The position numbers and the translations under genes were made by a program. DNA of 64,000 bases from Candidatus Zixiibacteriota bacterium (GTDB lineage: Bacteria; Zixibacteria; MSB-5A5; GN15; FEB-12). Shown piece after piece: positions 46,601-54,269 of the stretch (position 1 is its first letter; every line of letters begins with the position of its first letter). Below the pieces are notes generated by a model. It saw only the letters and a program-made list of their open reading frames with translations. It was not told where the DNA came from and did not search any database. The stretch is taken from positions 21,543-85,542 of the forward strand of contig JBGSIV010000157.1 in NCBI GenBank assembly GCA_041742355.1, given 5' to 3'.

Positions 46601-46749
46601 TCACGACAAAACCGGCCCACGGGACCGGGCTGGGCCTCGCGATCGTGAAGCGCATTGTCGAGTTATATGGCGGAGAAGTCACGATCGAAACGGCTCTTGA
46701 CAGAGGAACGACGTTTGGTATATTGCTCCCATCCGGCAACCAAGGTTAA
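40648..46749 (+). CDS. giant multi-PAS/GAF sensor histidine kinase (2033 aa)
   Basis: Signal/TM segment, then about 450-aa extracytoplasmic region with no recognisable motif. TM HLLGAVIGLLVLLVALNY. Nine PAS/PAC units, each ending in a DIT(E/D)RK-type linker, plus one GAF. H-box GGVSHEIYNSL. HATPase NLLINAIDA, DTGPGIP, GTGLGLAIV. Confidence 0.9.
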   Translation: MDMRALQAVLTTVLLATAAVVVTAGPPARQLKVSTTDSPVFLPYEVTVREYASTSPASRVVGRALSVLKPSLFPGDSAIVIYAHNPVPSLDNPASFTVDNFTRRLVIDDNPIRMVLNDYRIFFGSSLTDARVFTTGFRNDSAFAATLSPFGDTVSWLYLTTGEDHSGDGNWEPELAVVAITDFDYDGRREGFVLVNAGRDLTPRELFCIDIEALAIEWSLPVATGVGWGGLYPCGDSADPGVIFASYNPKQGVSDSLFSDSWAYVTVVDRAGQVRLHRVIANDHGHIHILPTSSPDEFLVAHEVPFVAPQDTVDFPPNDFRVSVLRINGEVVASTPSLPNPIRSMWRPLAAEGKGGLWGITTDGRVWRFNDRLEVLANSEPSGLQCHAATIALPGMSDSVWVFNSEIGTVVVSSELKQLALLSPTGAGITDLLEYDADRQAASFVSGGGISTYVVTLRHRGLASYLNAFLNEYRVHLLGAVIGLLVLLVALNYRRAKVLQRLRGREVDFLAFCNATPDLAFRIDRNLVLRDYWAGDRSQLAVGPDQFMNRPMSAWASPELIRQAADCVERTLATQTLQTINYTLEVHGESRHYEMRMAPVGRDEILAVARNITDQVRAEQDLRNSEQRFRLLFEGARDAVVIAETETGIIVDVNRRGEELFGCPRSELIGKHQTQLHPAESREKYASMFREYVDQGGKQIPQVADIWRADGQRWPVEISAALVEIQGQSYIQGLFRDISERLEAEDALRQSEERFRTLVANVPAAIYRALPKPGQPMDFVSDEIESITGFAAAVFLPGGGKPYRDLVHPDDLPALDAAIGPAITSQQSFSIEYRLRDRRGEIHWVHERGQCVVGPDGEVSFIDGAVYDITERKLADQALRESEEKARAQFKGMPVPTYTWQRTEDDFVLVDYNDAAVVATEGKIASIVGSRCSDLYGERSQMQDDMQTCCESRTTVIREMHYAFQTVQKTAWMLVHYVFVPPNLVLVHTEDITERHVSQERLKTRLRYEEGLAACSQTLLQAPASDAALTQTLVRLLEASDACRAYLYENFENPDLGLCARQTHEVCREGVLSLLHDPKLQRVPYSPNFERMRDRLAAGNPAGGVVNQMVGAARDMNEPLGIRSVLTLPVFVGGRWYGFVGFDDTRSARLWNEEDIRLLRTAAAMIGSYLDMAQANRDLRAERDFSRLLLQTANSLIVCLDDQARIVVFNDELERLTGYAREEVLGKVWYELFLPERQRHEGLNNFAKWIMAHPSDRYEGILVTRAGEERTVLWSNSILKDPHTGMTTAVAIGHDITERKEAQQRFERLFRSSPALMALQTLPDQRFADVNDAFVRTLGYSKSELVGKTPAELELVLDRAGQLAAGERLAKEGQISGYEFQIRRKDGALLDGLFSGELISIVGRQFVLTVMIDITERKAAEAAVAASEEKYRAVMEQTADNIYLAEFDTGRIIEPNPALCELLGYTSDEMRDMTVFDFIDHERDDVREKMDLVAAGSLSFLRERYYRTRDGRRIPVEVGINVVEYAGRKVLCIVSRDISERKAAEEALRQQEERYRLLVENVRASIALVGYDGTFLFANGNAARAAGCSPPELVGKSQWDVFPKELADRQMANVRQVIENDREFVSEAPVFLAGEWRWFYNNLQPYRDVSGRTTAALVIAYDVTSARQAQQALLLSEERFHDTADLLPQTIFETDAEGRLTYVNRHGFEATGYTPEDLGAGVFVDQFFPENERDAIWRELREALKGAPSIRDEYIQMRKDGSTYPSLIYTSPIVRDGVAVGLRGVGIDITERKKAEEEVRRANQARYRQLREIAGGVSHEIYNSLYPAVVSLDKLRSLLAGADVRDVARTERLLAMTDTAVKRAITLTEMVNQYSKLDMQRQVEEVSLAAMVHDAVDQNSDRIEATAVVTSVSVPAGLTVMMSKVHVHSLINNLLINAIDAVAEMPDRRISISAVPCGAQVRIEVSDTGPGIPFEVQQRVFEPFFTTKPAHGTGLGLAIVKRIVELYGGEVTIETALDRGTTFGILLPSGNQG

Positions 46750-46757
46750 GTGTTTGT

Positions 46758-48113
46758 ATGACAACAGATAAAGGTAAGATACTGATAGTCGACGACGACC
46801 CTCTGGTCGTGGCCGCCGTACTGGAGCAGTTCATCGATGACTTCATAGTCGAAACGGCGCTGTCCGGGGCGGAAGCCTTGCGCAAGCTCGGCGAATCACC
46901 GCACTTCGACGCAATTGTTCTCGACATTCGCATGGCCCGTATGGACGGATTGAAGACCGCCGATCGGATCAAAGAAATCGCCCCCGAAATCCCCATCATC
47001 TTTCACACCGGTTTCGCCGGCAGTTACTCCGAAGAGGAGATCGACCGCACGTATCGCCCGTTCGACTATATCGGCAAGAACGAATCACCGGCGCGGCTGC
47101 AGCGAGCCGTTAAGAATGCCGTGTCGTATCACCGGCTGTGGACAGTCGGCTCCGACCTGATCGAACTGGCGCGGGAGCGGTTCGGCATGGTCGGCAAATC
47201 CAAGGTAATGCGGGAAGTGTACCAGCGGATCGAGCAGATTGGCCCGACCAAGTCAAAGGTCATGATTCTCGGTCCAACGGGAACCGGTAAGGAACTGGTG
47301 GCCCGGGCGCTGCACCAGCGAAGCCAGCGCGCCAACCGGGACATGATGGTTTTCAACTGCAGCCAGAAGGATCCGACCCTGGTCGAGGCGGAGCTGTTCG
47401 GCCATACCAAGGGGGCTTTCACCGGCGCCGTTACCGATCGAACCGGCTATTTCGAGGCGGCCCACGGCAGCACGCTCTTTCTCGACGAAATCGGCGACCT
47501 CGATATCGGGACGCAGGCGAAGATTCTGCGGGCGATCGAACACGGCGAGGTTACCCCCGTCGGAACGTGCGATCGCCGGCTGGTCGACGTGCGGGTGATC
47601 TGCGCCACCCACCATGATCTCGCGGCCCGTGTCGACCAGGGAATGTTTCGCCAGGATCTGTACTTCCGCCTCAAAGGGGTGACCATACAGCTGCCGGCCC
47701 TGAAAGACCGCCGCGAGGACATTCCCGATCTGCTGGACTACTTCATCGAGCGGAGCTGCCGGGAAAACGGCTTTGGCCTGAAAGTCTTCGAACCGGCCGC
47801 CCGGGCGCTCCTGATCGAATTCGACTGGCCCGGGAATGTGCGCCAGCTCTCCGATACCGTGCAATCGCTCATTCAGCTTTCCCCCGGCCACTATATCACG
47901 CAGCAGGAGGTGGCCGACCATCTCGACTATGAGAGCCAGTTTGCCTCCGACGACACCGGGGGACTGACCGACGAGGTGAAGGAATTCAAGCGCCTGCGCA
48001 TCGTCCAGGTACTGGACCGGGTTGAGGGAAACATAGCGGCGGCGGCAAGGGAACTGAAGCTCGACCAGGCTAATCTGCGAAAGATGATACAGAATCTGGG
48101 CATTTCCACCTGA
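46758..48113 (+). CDS. sigma54-dependent response regulator (NtrC family)
   Basis: Receiver ILIVDDD...VLDIRMARMDG. AAA+ Walker A GPTGTGKE. GAFTGA loop in HTKGAFTGAV. C-terminal Fis-type HTH AAARELKLDQANLRKMIQNLGI. Starts 9 nt after the kinase stop. Confidence 0.9.
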   Translation: MTTDKGKILIVDDDPLVVAAVLEQFIDDFIVETALSGAEALRKLGESPHFDAIVLDIRMARMDGLKTADRIKEIAPEIPIIFHTGFAGSYSEEEIDRTYRPFDYIGKNESPARLQRAVKNAVSYHRLWTVGSDLIELARERFGMVGKSKVMREVYQRIEQIGPTKSKVMILGPTGTGKELVARALHQRSQRANRDMMVFNCSQKDPTLVEAELFGHTKGAFTGAVTDRTGYFEAAHGSTLFLDEIGDLDIGTQAKILRAIEHGEVTPVGTCDRRLVDVRVICATHHDLAARVDQGMFRQDLYFRLKGVTIQLPALKDRREDIPDLLDYFIERSCRENGFGLKVFEPAARALLIEFDWPGNVRQLSDTVQSLIQLSPGHYITQQEVADHLDYESQFASDDTGGLTDEVKEFKRLRIVQVLDRVEGNIAAAARELKLDQANLRKMIQNLGIST

Positions 48114-48131
48114 CCCGGTGCGCCCAAAAAC

Positions 48132-48172
48132 AAAGCGGTGTCCGCCGACCGGCTGACACCGCTTTTTGTTTA
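48132..48172. terminator. bidirectional intrinsic terminator between convergent genes
   Basis: AAAGCGGTGTC-(12 nt)-GACACCGCTTT, flanked by an A run upstream and TTGTTTAT downstream. Confidence 0.75.
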
Positions 48173-48186
48173 TCTGTCGGACAAGC

Positions 48187-48627
48187 CTAGCACGCCAGCG
48201 GCGCGGGCCCTGCCTTGAAGAGATAGTTGACCAGATAGGTCAGGTCAGATACGATAATCTTCGCATCGGCGTTGACGTCGCCGTGTTCGAAACAGCTCGG
48301 CGCGACACCTGCTTTGAACAGGTAGTTGACCATGAAGGTCAGGTCGCTGACGATCACTTTCGCATCGCCGTTCAAATCGCCGCGCAGGACGCAGCAGCCG
48401 CCCGATCCAAAATCCTGCCAGTAGCCCTGGTAGAGGTTGTAGGAGGTCGACGTACCGGCGCCGACTGCGGTTTGCCCGACCGTGCCGCTGAGGCGGTAGC
48501 TGGTCGACGATCCGTCACCGCCGCCGCCGGCTATTACCTGCCAGTCAATCTTCTCTCCGGCCGCCATGGCCGGGACAGCGCCACAGAGAAGTACCGCTGC
48601 GAGTGTAAGCAATATCCGCTTTACCAT
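48187..48627 (-). CDS. small secreted protein: short Gly/Ser-rich domain + dockerin-like module
   Basis: ATG after GGAAGGTGA, with a signal peptide. IDWQVIAGGGGDGSSTSYRLSGTVGQTAVGAGTSTSYNLYQGYWQ, then GCCVLRGDLNGDAKVIVSDLTFMVNYLFKAGVAPSCFEHGDVNADAKIIVSDLTYLVNYLFKAGPAPLAC-stop. Confidence 0.75.
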   Translation of the reverse strand: MVKRILLTLAAVLLCGAVPAMAAGEKIDWQVIAGGGGDGSSTSYRLSGTVGQTAVGAGTSTSYNLYQGYWQDFGSGGCCVLRGDLNGDAKVIVSDLTFMVNYLFKAGVAPSCFEHGDVNADAKIIVSDLTYLVNYLFKAGPAPLAC

Positions 48628-49316
48628 CCGATATCACCTTCCATTGAAAGGTCACTACCCTGTTTTTCGTCCGTCTATTTTGGCTGCCGCCCAGCGTGGG
48701 GCGTGTTGAAAGCAGTCTCTCTCCGTAGGCGCAACTGCAGGTAAGCAGTCACGGCGGCTGCCGTATTCTGTCGGTACTACCCCTAAAGAACGACTTTCTT
48801 GAGAAAAAGCAAGGGGAACTTTTTCGGTCCATGTTCCAGGAGAGCCACGGGGAAGCGCTATTTCTGCGTTCCCGAAAACCGGCTGAACCAAAATTGGAGG
48901 AAGATCCGTCCAAAGCAGAAGAAGCCTCAGCCGGACGGCTCTTTGCGGCCGGCGTATGAGTCGCAGCGGTCGCACCTGACGCCCGAAGAATACCAGAAGT
49001 CAATGCACTCCAATGCGTTACGGTGGCGCTGCGGCTTCTGTCGGGTGGTCGAAAAACGCACTGTGGAGATCGGAGTGACGGCGTCAGAAGTGCGCCGGGA
49101 GGGTATTATCGGTCATGTTATTGACGAATTTGTCGAACATAGTATATTGAGGGTAGATCCGCCGTCATTTCTACGAACATGCCTGGCGAAATACCCTCTT
49201 GAAAGGAGCAAGATGGGGTGGCGTGTGCGCGTCTGCCGCCAGGAGAATCTGCCTCACCACATACTGCCTGGTAGTTCACCGCGAGAAGCGACCTCTGAGA
49301 GGAAAGCAAACCGTTT

Positions 49317-51716
49317 ATGGAGAAAAGAGCTATGAAAGCACGACACGCAGTTCTTCTGGCTGCAGGCCTGACCCTGCTGTGCCTGCCCGGTCTTGTGTGG
49401 GCAGCACAGGCAGGACCGGTGTCGGCCGGAAACCTCAAGGGAATCATGGTCGACGCGCCGCAGACGAAGGCGGCCAGTGCTCCGCAGCACCTCACCGTTC
49501 AGGGAGAAAATCTCACGTACACCGCCCCGGCCGACGAACCGGAAATCGTCTACACTCTCACCAACAAGAGCCAGGGGGGCGAGGACATCGCCACGGCGTT
49601 CGCCATCCCGGGTATGCCCTTCGTGGATACCGGTACCACCGTCGGATATGCCGACAACTACTCCGAGGCGTGCGACGGTATCAACACCGCGGCCCGTCCC
49701 GATGTCGTGTTCTCCTACACACCATCGGTCAACGAACTGGTGGACATCACCCTCTGCAAATCATCGTTCGCCACCCGGCTCTGGGTGTACGAAACCGACG
49801 CCACCACCAGAATCGCCTGCAACCGGTTCGACGCCACGGCCTGCGCCCAGCCGCGCTCGACTCTCCTAAACGTGCCGATGGACGCTGGCGTCACCTACTA
49901 CATCGTGATCGACGGCGACTACCAGCTCACCCCGAACCAGGGGCAGTATATCATCGAATGCAGCGCCACCCAGCCATCCGACTCCGTTTCCCGCTGGCCC
50001 GCGCTGGCCGACAACGGCAAAGACCTCCTGATGCTGGGCTACTCCTTCAACAACGGCCTCGACTCGCAACTGTACTGGCAGTCATCCCTCGATGACGGCG
50101 CCTCGTTCGGCCCGGCCGGCTGGTGGACCGGATTGTTCTGGTCAAAGTACAGCTCGGTTGACTACTGGGGCCAGGATACGATCTTCTACGGCACTTTCGT
50201 GCCGCACCCGCTGAACAACGGCGGCGGCCGGACCTACCTGCATCGCTTCTACGATGCTAGCGACCCCGCCACATGGTCTCTCAGTTCCTGGAACTGGACC
50301 CAGTACGGCTGGAACAACATGAAGATGGCTGACATTGCCTGTGACAACAGCTTCATCTTCACCGCGGCCCCCGGCGACCACCGCTTCGGTATCATCTCGA
50401 TGGTGCACAGCAGCACCTACGGGACACCGGCGGTCGGCAACGATGCACCGCACCTCTTCTACCAGACCGACTCGTCCACTTTCGCGACCATCAGCTGGTA
50501 CAACGACCTCAATGGGTGCCGCTCGACCACCTGCGATATCGACAAAGTGACGAAGTACTCGTATGCCGCGTACGACCGTTACGACGCCACCGACACGCAG
50601 TGGCAGCTGTTTGTCCGTGGCGACGTCTTCGGCAACCCCGATGACACCCTCTTCAGCGGCGGATTCAGCTACGCCCTCGATCCGGGCGAACATGTCGGGT
50701 ATCCGGCCGTGGCCGCCAACAATGGCAACGTCCTCATCGCCACCGAGTACTACGCCGATGCCACGCCGAACGATCACGACATCATTCTCTGGTTTGATCC
50801 GACAGTGACCGGCCGCTATGACACGCTGCAGACCAGCGTCGTCATCGCGACGACCGATGACGAGCGCTACCCGCGCCTTCAGCTGATCTCGGGCAGCAGC
50901 TTCATTCTGTCCTACATCGCGAACAACCAGCTGTACATCACCGTGACCGAAGACGGCGGCGCTACTTGGACTACCCCGAGCGTCATCAGCAACGCCGACT
51001 ATGTCGTAAACGAGTACCGCTCCTCCGACATCGGCGAAGGTGGTGGCAAGGTGATCTGGGAGTACCAGCCGGGACTGCCGGGTGATACGACGATATTCCT
51101 CCACTTCGCCCTCACCGGCGTGGTTGTCGACAGCGACAACGACGGCTTCGACGACGATCTGGACAACTGCCCGACGATCGCCAACGCCGGCCAGGAAGAT
51201 GCCGACGGTGACGGTGCCGGCGACGTCTGTGACGAGTGCACGGACACGGACGGCGACGGTTACGGCGACCCGGGCTTTGCCGCCAACACGTGCGCGGTCG
51301 ACAACTGCCCGACGCTGGCGAACGCCGACCAGGCTAATGCCGACGGCGACGGCCTGGGGAACGTGTGCGATGACTGCACCGATACGGATGCTGACGGATT
51401 CGGCAATCCGGGCTTCCCGGCCAACACCTGCGCCGTCGACAACTGCCCCACGGTAAGCAATGTCGGCCAGCAGGACACGGACAGCGACGGCGTCGGCGAC
51501 GCGTGCTGCTGTGTCATGCGTGGCGACGCAAACAACGACACGAAGGTGATCGTCAGCGACCTGACCTTCATGGTCAACTTCTTGTTCAAGTCCGGCCCCG
51601 GGCCCGGCTGCCCGTCGCACGGAAACGTGAATGGTGACGGGAGCACGAACGTGGCCGATCTGACCTACCTGGTGAACTTCCTGTTCAAGTCAGGACCGGC
51701 ACCGGCCGCCTGCTGA
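49317..51716 (+). CDS. large secreted protein: Asp-box region, thrombospondin type-3 Ca-binding repeats, dockerin-like C-terminus
   Basis: ATG 49317 or 49332, with signal peptide MKARHAVLLAAGLTLLCLPGLVWA. BNR/Asp-box-like TEDGGATWT. TSP3 repeats DNCPTIANAGQEDADGDGAGDVCD, DNCPTLANADQANADGDGLGNVCD and DNCPTVSNVGQQDTDSDGVGDAC. Last 71 aa are the dockerin-like module ending SGPAPAAC-stop. Confidence 0.85.
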   Translation: MEKRAMKARHAVLLAAGLTLLCLPGLVWAAQAGPVSAGNLKGIMVDAPQTKAASAPQHLTVQGENLTYTAPADEPEIVYTLTNKSQGGEDIATAFAIPGMPFVDTGTTVGYADNYSEACDGINTAARPDVVFSYTPSVNELVDITLCKSSFATRLWVYETDATTRIACNRFDATACAQPRSTLLNVPMDAGVTYYIVIDGDYQLTPNQGQYIIECSATQPSDSVSRWPALADNGKDLLMLGYSFNNGLDSQLYWQSSLDDGASFGPAGWWTGLFWSKYSSVDYWGQDTIFYGTFVPHPLNNGGGRTYLHRFYDASDPATWSLSSWNWTQYGWNNMKMADIACDNSFIFTAAPGDHRFGIISMVHSSTYGTPAVGNDAPHLFYQTDSSTFATISWYNDLNGCRSTTCDIDKVTKYSYAAYDRYDATDTQWQLFVRGDVFGNPDDTLFSGGFSYALDPGEHVGYPAVAANNGNVLIATEYYADATPNDHDIILWFDPTVTGRYDTLQTSVVIATTDDERYPRLQLISGSSFILSYIANNQLYITVTEDGGATWTTPSVISNADYVVNEYRSSDIGEGGGKVIWEYQPGLPGDTTIFLHFALTGVVVDSDNDGFDDDLDNCPTIANAGQEDADGDGAGDVCDECTDTDGDGYGDPGFAANTCAVDNCPTLANADQANADGDGLGNVCDDCTDTDADGFGNPGFPANTCAVDNCPTVSNVGQQDTDSDGVGDACCCVMRGDANNDTKVIVSDLTFMVNFLFKSGPGPGCPSHGNVNGDGSTNVADLTYLVNFLFKSGPAPAAC

Positions 51717-51746
51717 TACATCGCCGAGTTCATGCTCTGATCTCTC

Positions 51747-51782
51747 AAGCCGCCCCCATTCAGGAGGGCGGCTTTCTTTATT
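51747..51782 (+). terminator. intrinsic terminator of the TSP3-repeat protein gene
   Basis: AAGCCGCCC-(10 nt)-GGGCGGCTT followed by TCTTTATT. Confidence 0.8.
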
Positions 51783-51918
51783 GGCCGGGGAACCATAGGG
51801 CTCCTTAGGCCGGAAATTGCTTGCGATTCGCGCCGGTCTGACGTATCTCACGGTAGAGACGGTGTCGCGAAGACGCTGCCGTAACTGTGGCACGAAGAGA
51901 CAAAGGATTTCAATACCT

Positions 51919-53598
51919 ATGGATAACGCACTTCGGTTCGATGTCGGTCAGAACCCCATTCAGTACTGCGGCATGCAGAAGATGTACCCGTTCAGCAAGG
52001 ACCGGGTAATCGAAATCAATCTCCACCATCACCATGTGTTCGGTATGTATGATATCGAACTGGTATCCGGGACAGCGATCTGCCTTGCCGACGAGCTCAA
52101 TCCCAAGTCCAATCTGGGGGCGTTCCGCAACCGAAAACTGCGCGAGGCCGCGGTGCTCTCGGCCGCACTCTCGGCGGTGACCGTGGCGCTCCACGGCCGC
52201 GGCAGCCTCAACGCCGTGCCCAAGGAGCAGCAGACCAACGAGCTGAAGAACGAACTGAAGCGGGGGAACGACCGGACCTCGGCGCAGGTCATGGCGGAAG
52301 TCCTCCAGACGACAACGGAGACGCTGTCGATCGGCGAGGAAGTGCTGATCGAGTCGACAATTACCGAAGGCGTCCGGGCGAAACCGGGCAAAGAGGCCGG
52401 GGGCAACCCCACGATCGCCGTCGGCGCACTCTTCGGCAAGAAGGAACACCGCGCCCGATATGGCCTGGACCTCGGGAAAAATGTCACCCTGCTGTCGATG
52501 GGAAACGACGTAATCGACGGGACAACCAAGTCGGTCAAGGGACTCCACTCGTCAATGACCTGCATGTTCCTCATCGAGTCGCAGGTGAAACGGCATCTGC
52601 CCGACATTTACGTGCAGCGCTGGCTGAGCGGCGCGCACTTTGACGAGTTCAACCCGCGCGAGGGAACGCTCCTGGATGCCGCGAAACTGATCGCGGACAG
52701 CTACGGCCACGGCGACCTGCAAAAACTCAGCGCCTTCTTCATCGACCGTTCTCGCCACTACCCGGCCATGGACGTGCTCGGAAAAGCCGGGGTGGCGATC
52801 CCCTATGACGCCGACGGCGACCTGTTCCCCGCACTCGTGCTCGGGCTCGACGGCGTGCGGTTTTCCAACGGGCGGCAGCTCAACTCGATGGTGGGGGAGA
52901 TCGGCGGTTCGGCCGAGTGGGTTGTCGGCGCCCTCCCCCTGGTCTGGCGCGGCGGACAGGCCATCGGCATGCTGACCAGCCATCACTCCCTGACTCAGAG
53001 CGGCAAGTCCCCCGAAGAGCTGTGGAACGAGCGCTTCCACTACACCGAAGACGAATTGATGATGATCCAGGATGCCCGCTTCCAGCAGAAACCGTATTTC
53101 TCCATCAAGGACATCATTGAAAACCCGTACGGCGGCGGCATCAGCGCATTCGGGGCAATCACCGACAGCGTCTACCTGCCGTTCATGAAAGGCGTGACCT
53201 TCGACGAGAAGACGAAGAGGATCAACGTCGCGACACTGGTCATAAATTCGCTCGGGTTGACCGAAGTCTGGCAGATGGAGTTCGCCTGCCGGACATCCCT
53301 GGCGCGCACGAAGGATTTGATGGCATCCCCGAAAGAGCAATTCCAGGGGTTGCACGGCCAGCAGCTCGAAGCGGCAATCGGCCGCATGCTCGAGGATACC
53401 GGCGGAGAGCGTCGCTACCGGATATTCTTCAACAACGAGTACTACCCAGCGCTCGTGCCGATCCGGGAGAAAGTGGCGCTCCTGAACCAGGCGCTCGAAG
53501 GCCTGATCTCGCGCGGGGCGCTGGATGATCAGGATCGCGAAATTGTGGAAATTACGGCCCGCCTTGCACCGGAGTGGTGGGTCGACAACCAGTGGTAA
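51919..53598 (+). CDS. oversized, divergent GlpX-like (class II FBPase fold) protein
   Basis: Start taken at ATG 51919 (559 aa). Ordered similarity to GlpX blocks as I recall them: AAVLSAALSAV..HGRGS, GNDVIDGTT (cf DPIEGT), LPDIYVQRW (cf PDMYMEK), FIDRSRHYPAMDVLGKAGVAIPYDADGDL (cf LAKPRHDAVI..GVRVFAIPDGDV), EIGGSAEWVVGAL (cf GIGGAPEGVVSAA). Extra sequence at both ends. Confidence 0.55.
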   Translation: MDNALRFDVGQNPIQYCGMQKMYPFSKDRVIEINLHHHHVFGMYDIELVSGTAICLADELNPKSNLGAFRNRKLREAAVLSAALSAVTVALHGRGSLNAVPKEQQTNELKNELKRGNDRTSAQVMAEVLQTTTETLSIGEEVLIESTITEGVRAKPGKEAGGNPTIAVGALFGKKEHRARYGLDLGKNVTLLSMGNDVIDGTTKSVKGLHSSMTCMFLIESQVKRHLPDIYVQRWLSGAHFDEFNPREGTLLDAAKLIADSYGHGDLQKLSAFFIDRSRHYPAMDVLGKAGVAIPYDADGDLFPALVLGLDGVRFSNGRQLNSMVGEIGGSAEWVVGALPLVWRGGQAIGMLTSHHSLTQSGKSPEELWNERFHYTEDELMMIQDARFQQKPYFSIKDIIENPYGGGISAFGAITDSVYLPFMKGVTFDEKTKRINVATLVINSLGLTEVWQMEFACRTSLARTKDLMASPKEQFQGLHGQQLEAAIGRMLEDTGGERRYRIFFNNEYYPALVPIREKVALLNQALEGLISRGALDDQDREIVEITARLAPEWWVDNQW

Positions 53599-53871
53599 GC
53601 GCCGCCGCTCGCTATGAGCGGCTCGCGGACACTTCCCTTTTTCGTGCCGCCGCGCGATCGGCGGGCATCTCACATCTCTGAGCAGGGGCCTTCACTGGCC
53701 GAGAAGGCCCCCGCACCTCTTCGCTGCCGATGCTAAATAATGGACTAACTCCAGCGATTATGCGCCGATCGGAACCACTCCGGTAACCGCCAACGTTATA
53801 ACTAGTTGACATCGGGATCTCGCACCGGGCGTAACGGACACTCACAGTCCACAAAAGGAGGAGTAGCGAGT

Positions 53872-54162
53872 ATGCCGAACAAGAAGAAAACGGGCGGGTC
53901 GAAACGAAGCCACTCGTCCGGCAAGAGCAGTTCCACAAGCAGCACAAGCAAGCGCCATCCGTCGAGTGCGTCCCACCGGACCTTCACGAACTCCAATCCC
54001 CGGAGCCGGTCGGGCGGTTCGACAAGCAAGAGCCTGACCCGCACGAGCCAGTTCGACGATCTGACCAAGCAGGAGTTGTACGAGCGGGCCAGACGGGCCA
54101 ATGTCGAAGGGCGCTCGGGCATGTCCAAAGAGCAACTGATGAACGCGCTGAGACGGGGCTGA
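53872..54162 (+). CDS. small basic protein with Rho_N/SAP-like C-terminal motif
   Basis: ATG 53872 after AAAGGAGGAG. Lys/Ser/Arg-rich low-complexity N-terminus. C-terminus DDLTKQELYERARRANVEGRSGMSKEQLMNALRRG. Confidence 0.6.
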   Translation: MPNKKKTGGSKRSHSSGKSSSTSSTSKRHPSSASHRTFTNSNPRSRSGGSTSKSLTRTSQFDDLTKQELYERARRANVEGRSGMSKEQLMNALRRG

Positions 54163-54269
54163 GCTGTGACGGGAGGTTGACCCTGCGGCAGTCGCCCGGT
54201 TTCTCCGGATCCCCGCCGCGCGCTTCGCTCTTCAGCCGCGGCGGCCAACCTCCCAAAGAGCTTCGATTT

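Noticed and set aside
48190-48399. RGD tripeptide in three of the dockerin-like modules as an integrin-type adhesion motif
   Set aside because: The RGD is simply the start of the conserved R-G-D-x-N-x-D calcium-loop pattern. The C10 copy reads RGN, so there is no independent evidence for adhesion function.
49214-49229. Possible sigma54 -24/-12 element TGGGGTGGCGTGTGCG upstream of the TSP3-repeat gene
   Set aside because: Only the GG-N10-GC spacing and the flanking T/TGC match. The -24 CAC and -12 TT are missing. Similar chance matches are expected in GC-rich DNA. TGGCTGCCGCCCAGC at about 48680 is equally weak. A sigma70-like TTGACG-16-TATATT at 49121-49148 is an alternative.
50142-51620. 492-aa minus-strand ORF
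   Set aside because: It is antisense to the TSP3-repeat/dockerin protein gene. It is a repetitive Val/Ala/Gly/Arg shadow of the Asp-rich repeats.
52552-53673. 373-aa minus-strand ORF
   Set aside because: It is antisense to the GlpX-like gene, has no motif, and runs through that gene's stop region.
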